From positions 1 through 56,029 of the IMG/VR virus record IMGVR_UViG_3300021559_000001: a stretch of 56,029 bases of DNA. One strand, written 5' to 3'. The position numbers were made by a program, and so were the translations under genes. Position 1 is the first letter of the stretch. The number at the start of each line of letters is the position of its first letter. The stretch comes from a virus. Its lineage: Duplodnaviria; Caudoviricetes. The notes under the pieces were generated by a model that did no database searches, had not been told where the DNA came from, and was given only the letters and a program-made list of their open reading frames with translations. Shown here piece by piece: positions 45,723 through 55,465 of the stretch.

Positions 45723-46085
45723 ATGGCCTGGCTCCCCAATCCAATCGCCTGCGATATGTGCGGAGCTGTCAAGCAACCCTCTAACAACTGGTACTACGCA
45801 GCGTTCGTACCACAGACGGAAGACGATGCGCACCTGACCATCTGGCCGTGGGACTACCCGGCCGAGGATCGCTCGAAACCCTACAAGCACATCTGCGGGC
45901 AAGTCTGCGCTATTCGGCTGTTGAACGAATTTATGAATGGTTTGAATCCCCCGGAGCAGGTCCCAGCCGCGAAACCCGATCCTCCTGGACCGCACTCCGA
46001 TTGGGAGCGAGTCAAAAAATCGGTTCGGGAATCGCTAGCCGATGCCGCGCTGAAATCGACACTCGCCGCGCTCCCCACAGAATAA
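45723..46085 (+). CDS. Zn-finger hypothetical protein (CDMCG..HICG..C)
   Basis: RBS from motif C; bracketed by motifs C and A. Confidence 0.7.
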   Translation: MAWLPNPIACDMCGAVKQPSNNWYYAAFVPQTEDDAHLTIWPWDYPAEDRSKPYKHICGQVCAIRLLNEFMNGLNPPEQVPAAKPDPPGPHSDWERVKKSVRESLADAALKSTLAALPTE

Positions 46086-46127
46086 AACCTTGGCGGAAAG
46101 CACGACGGCGGTTTACCCCAAAAACCC

Positions 46128-46934
46128 CTACGAAACTACACTGATTAAATCCGCTTCCAGTTGCGCTAAGTTGAAATTGTCTGGCGCTTGCCCATTGGCT
46201 TCTATCCAGTCTTGCGACAAAACTCCGTACGCTTCGTCCATGTACCATCTCATGAAATTCCAAGACATGTGAAGCGGCGCTCCCCACGTAATCACCGTGA
46301 GGCCTGCCGGCGAGTAGGCCACGATAGGAACGCAGTGCCCTCCCCAACTCCCGGCCGCGGCGTTCGCGCTTCCGAACGGCCCGCCTGGGTCGACGGTCCA
46401 TTGGCTCATTCCTTGTGCCGTGTTCGGTAGCGCAAGTCCGATGTAGGCGGTGCCGAATAGCCAAACCGCATCCATGATCTCCTGGGAGTTCCAGGTGCTC
46501 TTTGTCCAGGATCCTTTTAGCGGATCGATCGAGACGAAGGCCTGGATCTGATGGCCCGCGATCCCTGTCTTCCGCCAGTAGTTCAGCGCGTCGAGCATTA
46601 CGCAGCCATTGTCCGTATCTGGCCTGCCGGGGATGTAGCCGCCTACTTTTTCGTAGGCGATTTCGATTTGATCGTCCGATGGCATGTACGGTTTGCCGGC
46701 GTTCGCGGTCCATCCCGTTATCATGTGGCCGCTGGCTGCTATTACGCAGTCTCCTAAGTTGTCGTTCAGGAACATCGGCCAGGGAGTTGCAAAGTCTTTC
46801 TCCGGCATAGCGGTCCAGGATTGTGCCTGGGGAGCTGGGGGTTTGATGATGTACTTGGACATGCGGAGGGTTCGCTTGTCGATTCGGGGGGCGAGCTTTC
46901 CTAGCTTACCGTGGGGTTGGGGTTCGTGTGGCAT
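46128..46934 (-). CDS. Papain-like cysteine peptidase
   Basis: NDNLGDCVIAA (Cys), GGHCV (His), VITWG. Confidence 0.75.
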   Translation of the reverse strand: MPHEPQPHGKLGKLAPRIDKRTLRMSKYIIKPPAPQAQSWTAMPEKDFATPWPMFLNDNLGDCVIAASGHMITGWTANAGKPYMPSDDQIEIAYEKVGGYIPGRPDTDNGCVMLDALNYWRKTGIAGHQIQAFVSIDPLKGSWTKSTWNSQEIMDAVWLFGTAYIGLALPNTAQGMSQWTVDPGGPFGSANAAAGSWGGHCVPIVAYSPAGLTVITWGAPLHMSWNFMRWYMDEAYGVLSQDWIEANGQAPDNFNLAQLEADLISVVS

Positions 46935-46942
46935 AGGGTGTT

Positions 46943-48593
46943 TCAATCCTTTTTGTTTGAATTCGGCTGCGCTGCGGGGTTCGGGTTGGAGGTCCGCGTA
47001 CATGCTTTCCGTTTCAGCATCGCGGCCAGCCGGTCGCGCTCGGCGATCAGCTTAAACAGATCCTTTTCGAGCTTCGTGATTCGGTCCAGGAACTTGGCGA
47101 TAGAGTCGCGCCGGTCGCAAATCTTCTTGCGCACCGCCATCAGACGCCGGTAGTCTGGATCGCCGCGGCGCGCGGCATGGTACGCCTGCGACCGGGATAT
47201 GCACCGCTGGCGATATTCGGGATTCGCTTTGTACAACTGTTGCTTGTAGGTCACTTCAAATCTTGACGTTACTTGTCACTTGGATCGTTTCTCCCATGAG
47301 CACCAATTTGCCATCGGGAGAGCCTTGTAGGAATGTTCGATTGTAGCTGGGGTCGATCAGGGTTAATGCTCCGGCGTCAGCCGCTACGAAGGCCTCTTGT
47401 ACGGCGATGGCGGTTGTGGTCTGGCCGTCTGCGCTCTTCTTTGTGGCTGTGACCATGAGGAGTCGTTCACCATCTTTGATGAGGGCTCCGAATTTTAAGC
47501 TGCTGAAGGTTGGTAGGTCCACGTTACTTGCTCCTTTTTTGTTTGGGCTTGAGGCTTGGAACGCTCTGTTTCTTGCCTTTGCGCGGTGGATTTTTGCCCG
47601 GTCTGCCCGAAACGATAACAGTTGAAGCGGCTCGGCCTGGTCTGTCAAATGCTAAATCGTGGGCCGTTTGTGCGAGTCCCAAAGCCTCAACAGCCGCTAC
47701 AAGGCTGGTGTTCACCTCGTTGATTACGGCGCGCATCCCGTCATGGCAGTAACGGGCGTTCTCGAATGCTTTACCGATACCAGCGGAAACGATCTGAACC
47801 CAAAGTTCCGCGCGGTCCAGTTGCGTTCTCGCGAGTTCCTGCGCTGGCGTGTATTCGCGTCTGCGTCTGCGTCGTCTCACTTTACCTCCATGAAATCGTC
47901 GTCCTGATCTTCAGATTCATCGAGCGTCGGACAATCGAGGGAGGTGGCCGTCTTCCGGGTTTCCATCGCAGCATGTGAAATCTCGAGAAATCGGTTCGAC
48001 GGCTGTTAGCGCCTTGGCACCCGGCAGTTTCAACGCGATCAGTGGCCGGCGCTGATTCTCGCGGATGGCCTTCCTTGCCGCCTCTTCAGTGCAAGGGATA
48101 ATCCGATAGATTGATCCGGCTCCGACAAGCACGCTGACAGCTTCGATAGCCCCGCGTTGCACAATCGTTCCGGCCGGTAGTGTGGTGTTTCCGATCCAGG
48201 TCGATTCGGTCAAGGTCTCTTCGGCTTCGGGAATCTCCGGTTGGTCGATGCGAAACAGAACCGCGGCGCCGTAGGCTTCGGTCGTCACGTAACCGACGTG
48301 GGACTGATGCCCCATTACTTCGACGCGCGCCCAGCCTTTGAATTCCGCCTGGTTTGTTTCGTTCATAGTTCCGTCCCAACGTGTTTCTTGAGCCACGCCT
48401 TTTCATCGTCGGACTGAGCGCTTTCTGGCCAGCGGATAGCCTGGGCTGCGGCAAAGTGTGGCGCGTCGAATCGGCGCGGGCATTGGCTCCTGGCGTCTTC
48501 TGGGCTTGTCGCCTCGACCTCTTTCAAGCACGAATACATTGGAACGCCGTTTTCTCTTCCCCGATCATTCGTAAAAATCCGGTACTTGCTCAT
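46943..48593 (-). CDS. Hypothetical ORFs 46943-47254, 47256-~47648, 47524-47880, 47917-48366 (WARVEVMGH), 48363-48593
   Basis: Closely packed minus-strand ORFs; some boundaries uncertain. Confidence 0.5.
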
Positions 48594-48816
48594 TTTGCAA
48601 TTCCTCCGCGCAATGTCATCTCCGAACGGCGCCGACAGATGAACGGCGGTTTATCCCTAAAATCCAATCCATTGCGCGGGGGAAGTCCCGAAATTTCCAG
48701 CCTGGACGGAGCAAATCGAAGAGAAAACAAAGTTTGCACGGTCCCCTGGAGCCTCGTTCCAGAAGTTGCTCTAGCCTGACCTTGTGATTGACCTTCGGGA
48801 CTTGCCTCGCGCAATG

Positions 48817-49920
48817 TCATCGTAATTGCTCAATACGTAGCGCCGTGCCGGTGTTTGTTCCCGGCGGCGTGATCGGAACTGCAACCCACTTCGGACTCTT
48901 GGATACACTCCCATCGTCCGGGATTCCCACCATGACGCGCGGGCCGTCCGCGAATAAGAGAGTATAGAGTTCCAGCCCTGCGCAGGACGGGGGTATCGCC
49001 AGGTTCATGCTAAGCATTTGAACCCGCATGAGCGCCTCGGAAAGATTTACCGCGTCTACGGGTCCGCCGCTGGAAGAGATTCTGAGCGCCCCAAGGCGTT
49101 TTGCGGTTGGGGTGGCAAGGTCGTCTACGCAGACGGAGCGTTGAGTCAAGAGAACGGATGGCGCTTTCACCTGGGGGAAGTCGATGCGCGTCTGGGCAAC
49201 CATCGCCAGTAACAGGCAGAGTGCGACAGCCGACGAGCGGATCACGCTTCTAAAGCCTTGCAGACTAGCTCCCTTCAAATCCATAAATCCTTCAGTACGT
49301 ATAATCCACTAACAGAATATCTCCTGGTTGTGGAATCCCCATTGTCCCGGAGCCCGGTGGAACGACTGGAATCGGCACGAAGACTATTTTGGTCGCGTTC
49401 CAATTCGAGGTATCGAGGTTGTAATCGCAGCATCCAGGCGGGATGCAGGTGGCCGGAAGTACAACCGGGGGAGAGCATCGATATTGCCGTACGCCGTTTC
49501 TCCATAACTTGATCGACGCCCACGGCGCCGGTTGGTGGGCGATCTGGAATATCGTGTTTATGCCATCAAGGACTCCGGCCGGTCTCTCTTCGGACATGGT
49601 GCCGTGGGGTACTTGGGCTTGGACGGTTAGATTGACGACTAGAATGGCGATGCCGATGAAGGCAAAAAGGGCGGCAATGTTATCTGGTCTTTTCATGGTT
49701 TGGGTTCACCTGTCGGCGACGGGTTCGGAGTGGCCGTTGCGCGGGGAATTAGCGCTACGGCTTTCGGCTTCAAATCCGGGTGACTCCATCTTTCCTGATA
49801 TCCGTGACCGCGAAAGGGATGCAATTTCCAGTCGGTTTCAGTGTGCATGGTTTGACGCTGACATGCAAAACAATTTGGCTGAGGGGTCGCCAGAATCAGA
49901 CTGCGTTCGGCGGCCGTCAT
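48817..49920 (-). CDS. ORFs 48817-49284 and 49292-49696 (signal-peptide-like N-termini) and 49693-49920
   Basis: Hydrophobic N-terminal segments; GVLDGINTIF..KLWRNG..DY beta-domain. Confidence 0.55.
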
Positions 49921-51002
49921 GAAGTAGCATCCTCTAACCGGCTTCGGAAGTAACCCATCAGATCGGCGATGAGCTTTTTATTCCTGCCCGTGAGTTGATA
50001 AAGGCCTTGAGCGTCCCGTTTCAGATCCAGCGAAGGGTCAAAATTATTTTCATTGATGATCTGCCAACGGGTGAGGTAGCCGCGATTCTGTTTCCTTCCA
50101 TGCCAGAAATGCGTGAGAAGGCCCGGAACGTAGCCGATTTTCGGCTTGAGGATCTCGGCACGCTCCCCCCAAATCTTCAGTGAATCCTTGAACGGCTGCG
50201 GGGATTGGCCGTGCGCCGAATCCAGAATATTGCCGATGAAACCGCGCGCCATGTGGTGATCGTTGGCGCCGCACACTGACCAGTCGATCAGCCCGCCGAG
50301 GGTATCGAGCGCGTAACGGGTCGCGGCCCAGGCATAACCCGCATGGCCGGGATGCAATCTCATCCGCTGGCCGCGGCCGTATGAATACGGGTTGCAGCCT
50401 TCGGCCCGGATAATGCGCTGATATTCCGCCAGCGTCCCATAGCGCCCGCTCTCGATAAACTGGTGCATCATGCCCGGCATCTGCTCGCCGCCGTCGTCGA
50501 ATCCCACGATTTCATGGTCGATGTTCAAATCCTGGCACATGCTCCACATCTGAACCACGTGGTAGTGCTGGAGTTGGTGCATCGTTTCTTGCGCCCAATC
50601 GGGCCTGGAAAATTGTACGTCGGCGTCGATCCAGGCGAAATACTTCGCCTCTGGATACAACCGGATAGCGTTTGCGATCAGCAAATTGAGGAGATTTTCT
50701 TTTTGCCAGAGTTCCTGCATGTGCTGACGCAACTGCAGGTGGTGTGGGTTGTTCGGGTCGGTCACTTCGAAATGCCGGCCGCCGAATGCAATCTCGCCCA
50801 CGTGGAGAATCGCGGAGCTCATATCGACTCGTCTCTCGAATCCGCGGTAGAGCTCGTATCGGCTTCTGAATCGCTGGGGGTTGATGATGGCGGTACAGAC
50901 GTGGAGCTTATCAGGGAATGGCCAGATGCCTGGTTTTGCATGGGAGGGGTGGTCTATGAATTGTTCTGGGTTAGGGGAGGGTATGTAGCGGGGGTTGAGC
51001 AC
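49917..51002 (-). CDS. Putative GT-A fold glycosyltransferase
   Basis: WQKENLLN..YFAWIDADV (DXD)..HFWHG; GTG start after motif C RBS. Confidence 0.65.
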   Translation of the reverse strand: MLNPRYIPSPNPEQFIDHPSHAKPGIWPFPDKLHVCTAIINPQRFRSRYELYRGFERRVDMSSAILHVGEIAFGGRHFEVTDPNNPHHLQLRQHMQELWQKENLLNLLIANAIRLYPEAKYFAWIDADVQFSRPDWAQETMHQLQHYHVVQMWSMCQDLNIDHEIVGFDDGGEQMPGMMHQFIESGRYGTLAEYQRIIRAEGCNPYSYGRGQRMRLHPGHAGYAWAATRYALDTLGGLIDWSVCGANDHHMARGFIGNILDSAHGQSPQPFKDSLKIWGERAEILKPKIGYVPGLLTHFWHGRKQNRGYLTRWQIINENNFDPSLDLKRDAQGLYQLTGRNKKLIADLMGYFRSRLEDATS

Positions 51003-51003
51003 T

Positions 51004-51261
51004 TCAGTCCTTTGTGTTTGAATTCCGCTGGGATGCGGGGTTAGGGTCAGAGGTCCGCTTATCGGATGCCAGCTTATTTCCGAGATCTTTAATCCGTTGG
51101 GAGACATCAGGATACTTTGTCAGACTTGCGGCAGCGGCTCCGAGGGCCAGTAGCAGCGTCTCGTATTCTTCCTGTGAGAACTGGATCTGTACGCCTACGA
51201 GTACACGGCGGCTTGCCGAACTCGGAGCGTGAGAACTCTTCGATCGAGGTTTATCACTCAT
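51004..51261 (-). CDS. Hypothetical protein ending in motif C
   Basis: ATG overlapping the upstream gene end; C-terminus RTSDPNPASQRNSNTKD. Confidence 0.5.
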   Translation of the reverse strand: MSDKPRSKSSHAPSSASRRVLVGVQIQFSQEEYETLLLALGAAAASLTKYPDVSQRIKDLGNKLASDKRTSDPNPASQRNSNTKD

Positions 51262-51373
51262 CTTTCGGCTTCCCCCACCTGGCCCTTGCCGCCTTCCTTG
51301 CGGACTCTGAGCGTGCTTTTGGTTTCATCTTGGCCGCTCTGGCTTTTCCACCGAGCTGAGCTAATTCTTTCAC
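51254..51373 (-). CDS. Small basic protein (39 aa), paralog of 44843
   Basis: LAQLGGKARAAKMKPKARSESARKAARARWG. Confidence 0.65.
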   Translation of the reverse strand: MKELAQLGGKARAAKMKPKARSESARKAARARWGKPKDE

Positions 51374-51405
51374 GGAAGCTACTTTCTTCTTGGGAATGAT
51401 GATTC

Positions 51406-51434
51406 AGTATGATGCGTGCTGGTACGCATGTCAA
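51406..51434 (-). promoter_or_regulatory. sigma70 promoter with a palindromic operator in its spacer
   Basis: TTGACA-17-CATACT; ATGCGT-N6-ACGCAT between the boxes. Confidence 0.65.
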
Positions 51435-51508
51435 GCCGGAGTTTTGCTAGGGGTAAACCTCCGTCGTAGATTCTGCCCGGTTCGTAGTACCGGGAGCGCG
51501 GGGGATGT

Positions 51509-52156
51509 CTATGCCTGCTTGTCCTTGTCTTGTCGGCGGGCCGTGCTACGGAGTTCCATCGCCTTCTTTACCGTGATGCCGGGGTGCATCTTGTCGTAGG
51601 CTTGCATGAGTTGAATGAGTCTGTTTAGTTGGGGTAGTTCCATCGATTGTTCACCTTTGATGAAGGCGCGGCGTTTTTTCAGATCGGCCAGAGTAGCGTT
51701 CGGCAGTTCAATTTCACGCCCGCGGCTGCTGCGTGTTCTTGGCTCCAAAATTAGGTAATACGGAATTCGTTCAAATTGTTCAGAAAATGGCAGTCGGCTC
51801 TGGTTGGGGTGTCCAAATCGGGGCCGTCCATGCTTAAGGGGATTATGGGTGTTGATGCTGGCGGTTGACTTGGAGAACATTTCCCCTTGGGCCGGTTCCG
51901 GTTTCTCTTGGGGCGGCTGCGTCTCTCGCTCTTTGGTCTTCGAATCCGAAGGTTGCGCCATTTCCCGTCGTCGGATCTCCTCTGAGCAAAGAGACTCGAT
52001 TTTGTCATCAGCTAATTTCCGTTGGTACTGGGCTATGAATGCGGCGTAGTGGTGGCGTGCCCAGCGGACCAAATCAACCGGGCTGGCCGTGGGGTTTTCG
52101 TCTATCGCCTGAGCGATGACGCTGCGCAATTTCGCTTCCAAATCGCTGGTGCTCAT
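51509..52156 (-). CDS. Cassette hypothetical protein, paralog of 1962..2477
   Basis: GAGGT RBS; FERIP..NATL..LNRLIQLMQA..ITV..AM. Confidence 0.75.
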   Translation of the reverse strand: MSTSDLEAKLRSVIAQAIDENPTASPVDLVRWARHHYAAFIAQYQRKLADDKIESLCSEEIRRREMAQPSDSKTKERETQPPQEKPEPAQGEMFSKSTASINTHNPLKHGRPRFGHPNQSRLPFSEQFERIPYYLILEPRTRSSRGREIELPNATLADLKKRRAFIKGEQSMELPQLNRLIQLMQAYDKMHPGITVKKAMELRSTARRQDKDKQA

Positions 52157-52355
52157 CCGTTACCTCAGATTGCTATCCGCATCTCGATCAAGCTGCTAGG
52201 GCGGTCTTTGCACCCTTGTCTGGTAAATTACCAGACGGAAGGCTGATTATGCAGCAATTCTGGCCGGAATGCTATGGTTTTCTCGTAACATCGGTACTTC
52301 CACCGCGGTCGGGTATTTCCTGAGCCTGCGATCAGAGTACGACGGCGGTTTACCC

Positions 52356-52877
52356 CTAATCTGAAAAAAAGTACCAAAGAGCCCATACACCTAATCCTAC
52401 TAATCCAATCGTTGCCCAGTCGATAGATCCTGATTGTGAAGGATCGGAATAGATCGAGTTGGTTGGATCGAGCGCTGGATCTAGGCTCCCGGAGTCTGCG
52501 GCTGGGGAAGCCTGATGAGGGGGGCTGAGATTGTTGAGCGGGGTGTTTGGATCGATTCCTACGTCTGAGGCCACGCGGGCCGCGTAAGTGAGAGGGGTGT
52601 TCGAGTCGGCGCTTGGCGCGTATCCAGCGTAGACTCCCGGCTTGCCGGCGAAGAATTCATTCAGTGTGAGCCCCCGGCTGATGTTCAGATTGATCTGCTG
52701 ATAGAGCGCGTTCCATCCGTCCTGAATGGTCGGAAACTTGGCATAGCCTGAGACGATCGGGTTCGATCCCCAGGAGCGGAGGTTGCCTGGATTGTTGTTT
52801 CGGTACGACAAGGCGTTGGGGTTTCCGCCTGATTCGACATTGGCGATGGATTGGGCTATTTGATCGGTTAGGCTCAT
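52356..52877 (-). CDS. Lysozyme-like virion muralytic protein with a C-terminal TM
   Basis: VESGG..RNNNPGNLR..AKFPT..GW.AL..YAP..D.N..YA..VA. Confidence 0.7.
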   Translation of the reverse strand: MSLTDQIAQSIANVESGGNPNALSYRNNNPGNLRSWGSNPIVSGYAKFPTIQDGWNALYQQINLNISRGLTLNEFFAGKPGVYAGYAPSADSNTPLTYAARVASDVGIDPNTPLNNLSPPHQASPAADSGSLDPALDPTNSIYSDPSQSGSIDWATIGLVGLGVWALWYFFSD

Positions 52878-53383
52878 GGCTTCTCCTTTCCCTTGGTTTT
52901 GGGTGGTGCTGTTGCCGAGGGTTCGGATTGCTGAGGCGCGGTGGTTTTCTCCGGCTTGTGGACCGTCAGATTAACCGTGAGATCGCGCGGCAGGGTCACT
53001 TTTGCTTCTGCCTGACCTTCCGGTGCGTCTTCAAGGCGTTTGAGTGACTCAGCGTCTAGGATCGCGGTGATGGCGGTTTGGCGTATCTTTTCATCCGCAG
53101 CCCCCTTCAATTCTGCTGCGTTCTTGGTGACGCTCAGAAGCTCATCCATGCGGCTGTTGATCGAGAGCTCGATTTTCAAAACCAGCGCTTTCGTTTCGGC
53201 GAGTCCCTGATGAACCTGGCGGGCCTTCAAAAATGTGATGATGCCGCCGATTGCGGAAATACCTGCAAGGGCCACGGTCGCCCATGAGGTAGGAGCCGCG
53301 GTCACGATATCGCCTTCCGCCGCGCTCGCAACAAAGGGTAAGAGGAGTGAAAGTATCAGCCAAAACCTCGTTGAAAAGCTCAT
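52874..53383 (-). CDS. Membrane protein (signal/TM plus coiled coil)
   Basis: Two hydrophobic N-terminal segments. Confidence 0.6.
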   Translation of the reverse strand: MSFSTRFWLILSLLLPFVASAAEGDIVTAAPTSWATVALAGISAIGGIITFLKARQVHQGLAETKALVLKIELSINSRMDELLSVTKNAAELKGAADEKIRQTAITAILDAESLKRLEDAPEGQAEAKVTLPRDLTVNLTVHKPEKTTAPQQSEPSATAPPKTKGKEKP

Positions 53384-53384
53384 T

Positions 53385-55364
53385 TTAGTTCACTATAAAG
53401 TACGAATAGCAAGGCTGATTTGTTGCCGATGTCCCGGTCAGTAACACCGTGAAACTGACACCTGCACTCCGGGTAGTGACTACGATGGGAAGCGCTTCTG
53501 TGGCTGGAGTCGTATTGCAGGTGATACCGAGTTTCGCTCCCAGTGAACTATCCGCCTGAAAGAAAAATTGACTGTTAGCTGTGACCGCAGAAGTGTTCAC
53601 TTGCAGCGTTTGATTCGTCCCCACAGGAACAGCAATCGATCCGGCTGCTGCTGATCCACAAACAGCAGGAGAAGCAGAAGAGGAGCAGTTGGTCGTGGTA
53701 GCATAACCGCCCACCTTCCATACTCCGGTTCCAGTATCGAGGTAGCCAATATCCGCTCCGGCGTTCGTCTGAAAATGAAAACCGTGTCCAGCTCCGTCGA
53801 ACGCCGTGCGCCAGTAGCATTCCCGCCAATCGCAAGAGAGTTTAATATTTGCGTTTGCCCCAGGAGGGTTGAAATTATAAGCTGCTGCGGTTCCATTCGA
53901 ACCTTGGGTAGACAAGGTAACTCCGCCCGCCACCGAATCGACGAAAAAGATGTCTGTGCCCGAATTGTCCTGAACGTGGAATCCATGGCCAGTGAGAGTC
54001 CGTGGTAGCCGCATAAAGCATCCTGTCAAGGTCCAACCGCACCCTAAATAATTGTTGGTTACAGGAGTGCCGGTGTTCGTATTTGGGCTGAAAAACAATT
54101 TAGGAAATGTGCTATTCCCGAATCCCGCTGAGAGTATGGCGTTGCCGTTAAGTGTGTCGATGGTAAAAATGGGGGTTTCCCGATCCGCTTTAGTGGTCTG
54201 CACTGCCGTTGCGCTGTCCGTCCTGGGTGCGATGACCACTGAGCTTGAGGAAACGTATGAGGTTTCAGATGTGGTAATCAGTTGCTCCAGCGTCAAGTTT
54301 GCGATTGCCACTTTGATCTTAAAATTAGTGGTCCCATCAGCAGAAGCCGTGTAGTAATCATAGACTTTCCCGTTGATCTGTACGAGGGATTGGTCGGCCA
54401 CTTGCCCAGTCGACAAACCTACGCCTTCGTCGGCCGTTATTCGAGGAAGCGTGGCTCCGTCCGACTGATTAGGCTGTGGGTTTATTCCCGGTGGATTTCT
54501 GATCCAAGTGTGAAAATCAGGCGATGAATACCGAACACCGTCACTGGGTAAACCACCACAACAATGCGCCCACATCCAGAATGTGCCGTTCAGCGCTTTG
54601 TACAGCGCTGGGCCTTGACCTCCAAACGTAATAAGCGGATTTCCGACATCCCTTGTCCACGTTCTACCATCTGTAGACGAGGCGGCCCCCATCGACCATC
54701 CGGCGGTGCCTGTCCAGTGGCCCTCGTAAGCCATACGCCACGTCGAGCCGTCGATTATGACTGCGAGGTTTCCAAAATTGATTTCAATTCCGGTCGCGGT
54801 CATTGTCCCGGCAGTATCTAGCGTAAAAGTGATTCCGTCCGAGGCCGTATAGAGGTCGATCTGAGTAGTCCCCGAGCACGCATATAGATAGTACGTCGAT
54901 CCATTTTTGAGCAGGTAAGATCCACGATGCCCGTTAAGCACTGCTGTGCTTCTCTTTGTCCAACTTATTCCATCAGGAGACTCGGCGTAATAAATATTCT
55001 GAGGAGATAATCCGCCCGTGTACCACATCTTGAAGCATGGATTTGCAACCAGGGTGCAGCCTGTGGCCTCATAAATGACGGTTGGCTCCTGGACTGCTGT
55101 TGATTCGCCGGCCAGCGTCGGAGTAATCGCTACTTGCCGTGCCCACACTGAGGGGAGAGGGTATGCTGCCGCATCAATGATAGTGGGATCGATAATTGTG
55201 CCAGTTCCACCGGGTAGAACATTGCCGCAGTTGACGGACTGCCCGTTAGCCCTGCATGGCAATCCTCCCCGCGTGAACGTAGCCTGCCCCTGCGCCGATC
55301 CCGCGAAAAGCACCATTCCGAGCACGACAGCCGCCGCGCTCGCGCCAGCATAAAACCTGCGCAT
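53385..55364 (-). CDS. Putative receptor-binding spike with a GH32/GH43-like beta-propeller
   Basis: Signal-like N-terminus; EPTVI, FKMWYTG, YAESPDGISW, ASSTDGRTW, YSSPDFHTW blades; fiber-like C-terminus. Confidence 0.7.
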   Translation of the reverse strand: MRRFYAGASAAAVVLGMVLFAGSAQGQATFTRGGLPCRANGQSVNCGNVLPGGTGTIIDPTIIDAAAYPLPSVWARQVAITPTLAGESTAVQEPTVIYEATGCTLVANPCFKMWYTGGLSPQNIYYAESPDGISWTKRSTAVLNGHRGSYLLKNGSTYYLYACSGTTQIDLYTASDGITFTLDTAGTMTATGIEINFGNLAVIIDGSTWRMAYEGHWTGTAGWSMGAASSTDGRTWTRDVGNPLITFGGQGPALYKALNGTFWMWAHCCGGLPSDGVRYSSPDFHTWIRNPPGINPQPNQSDGATLPRITADEGVGLSTGQVADQSLVQINGKVYDYYTASADGTTNFKIKVAIANLTLEQLITTSETSYVSSSSVVIAPRTDSATAVQTTKADRETPIFTIDTLNGNAILSAGFGNSTFPKLFFSPNTNTGTPVTNNYLGCGWTLTGCFMRLPRTLTGHGFHVQDNSGTDIFFVDSVAGGVTLSTQGSNGTAAAYNFNPPGANANIKLSCDWRECYWRTAFDGAGHGFHFQTNAGADIGYLDTGTGVWKVGGYATTTNCSSSASPAVCGSAAAGSIAVPVGTNQTLQVNTSAVTANSQFFFQADSSLGAKLGITCNTTPATEALPIVVTTRSAGVSFTVLLTGTSATNQPCYSYFIVN

Positions 55365-55465
55365 CGAGCCTGTATTCAATCCCTTAAAGTATTTTGGAAA
55401 TTGAATAGATACTGAATGCTCACGTCTATCCTGTTGCGAGCACGTGCGCATGGTCAAAAACCAGA

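Larger units (their letters stand above)
6524..51060 (-). repeat. Dispersed ~50-bp motif, subtype C (on + strand TTTGAATYCGGCTG..GAGGTCCGC; C' variant TTGAATCCGTGCT..GCGAGCGCGAT)
   Basis: C' at ~6524-6574, 20221-20271, 22191-22241; C at ~31135-31188, 40225-40273, 40921-40965, 41161-41212, 41697-41748, 43116-43167, 43602-43654, 45675-45720, 46948-46999, 51009-51060. Confidence 0.9.
465..52356. repeat. Dispersed ~50-bp motif, subtype A (CCGCGC..~25 nt..GACAGCACGACGGCGGTTTAYCC)
   Basis: Minus-oriented copies at ~465-514, 1826-1880, 3122-3177, 5180-5236, 8101-8152, 9018-9070, 18172-18224, 24688-24740, 28733-28786, 38677-38728, 51450-51504; plus-oriented at ~28255-28305, 38607-38658, 46066-46119, 48606-48657, 52303-52356 and a weak copy at 51206-51257. 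Confidence 0.9.

Noticed and set aside
465-52356. Repeats as a CRISPR array
   Set aside because: Copies are dispersed, degenerate, in both orientations and separated by tens to thousands of bases; no cas genes
465-52356. Repeats as classical integron attC or XerCD dif sites
   Set aside because: GCCCAAAC loosely resembles RYYYAAC, but single sites are not long hairpins, do not share one orientation, and no IntI is present; no 11-6-11 dif consensus
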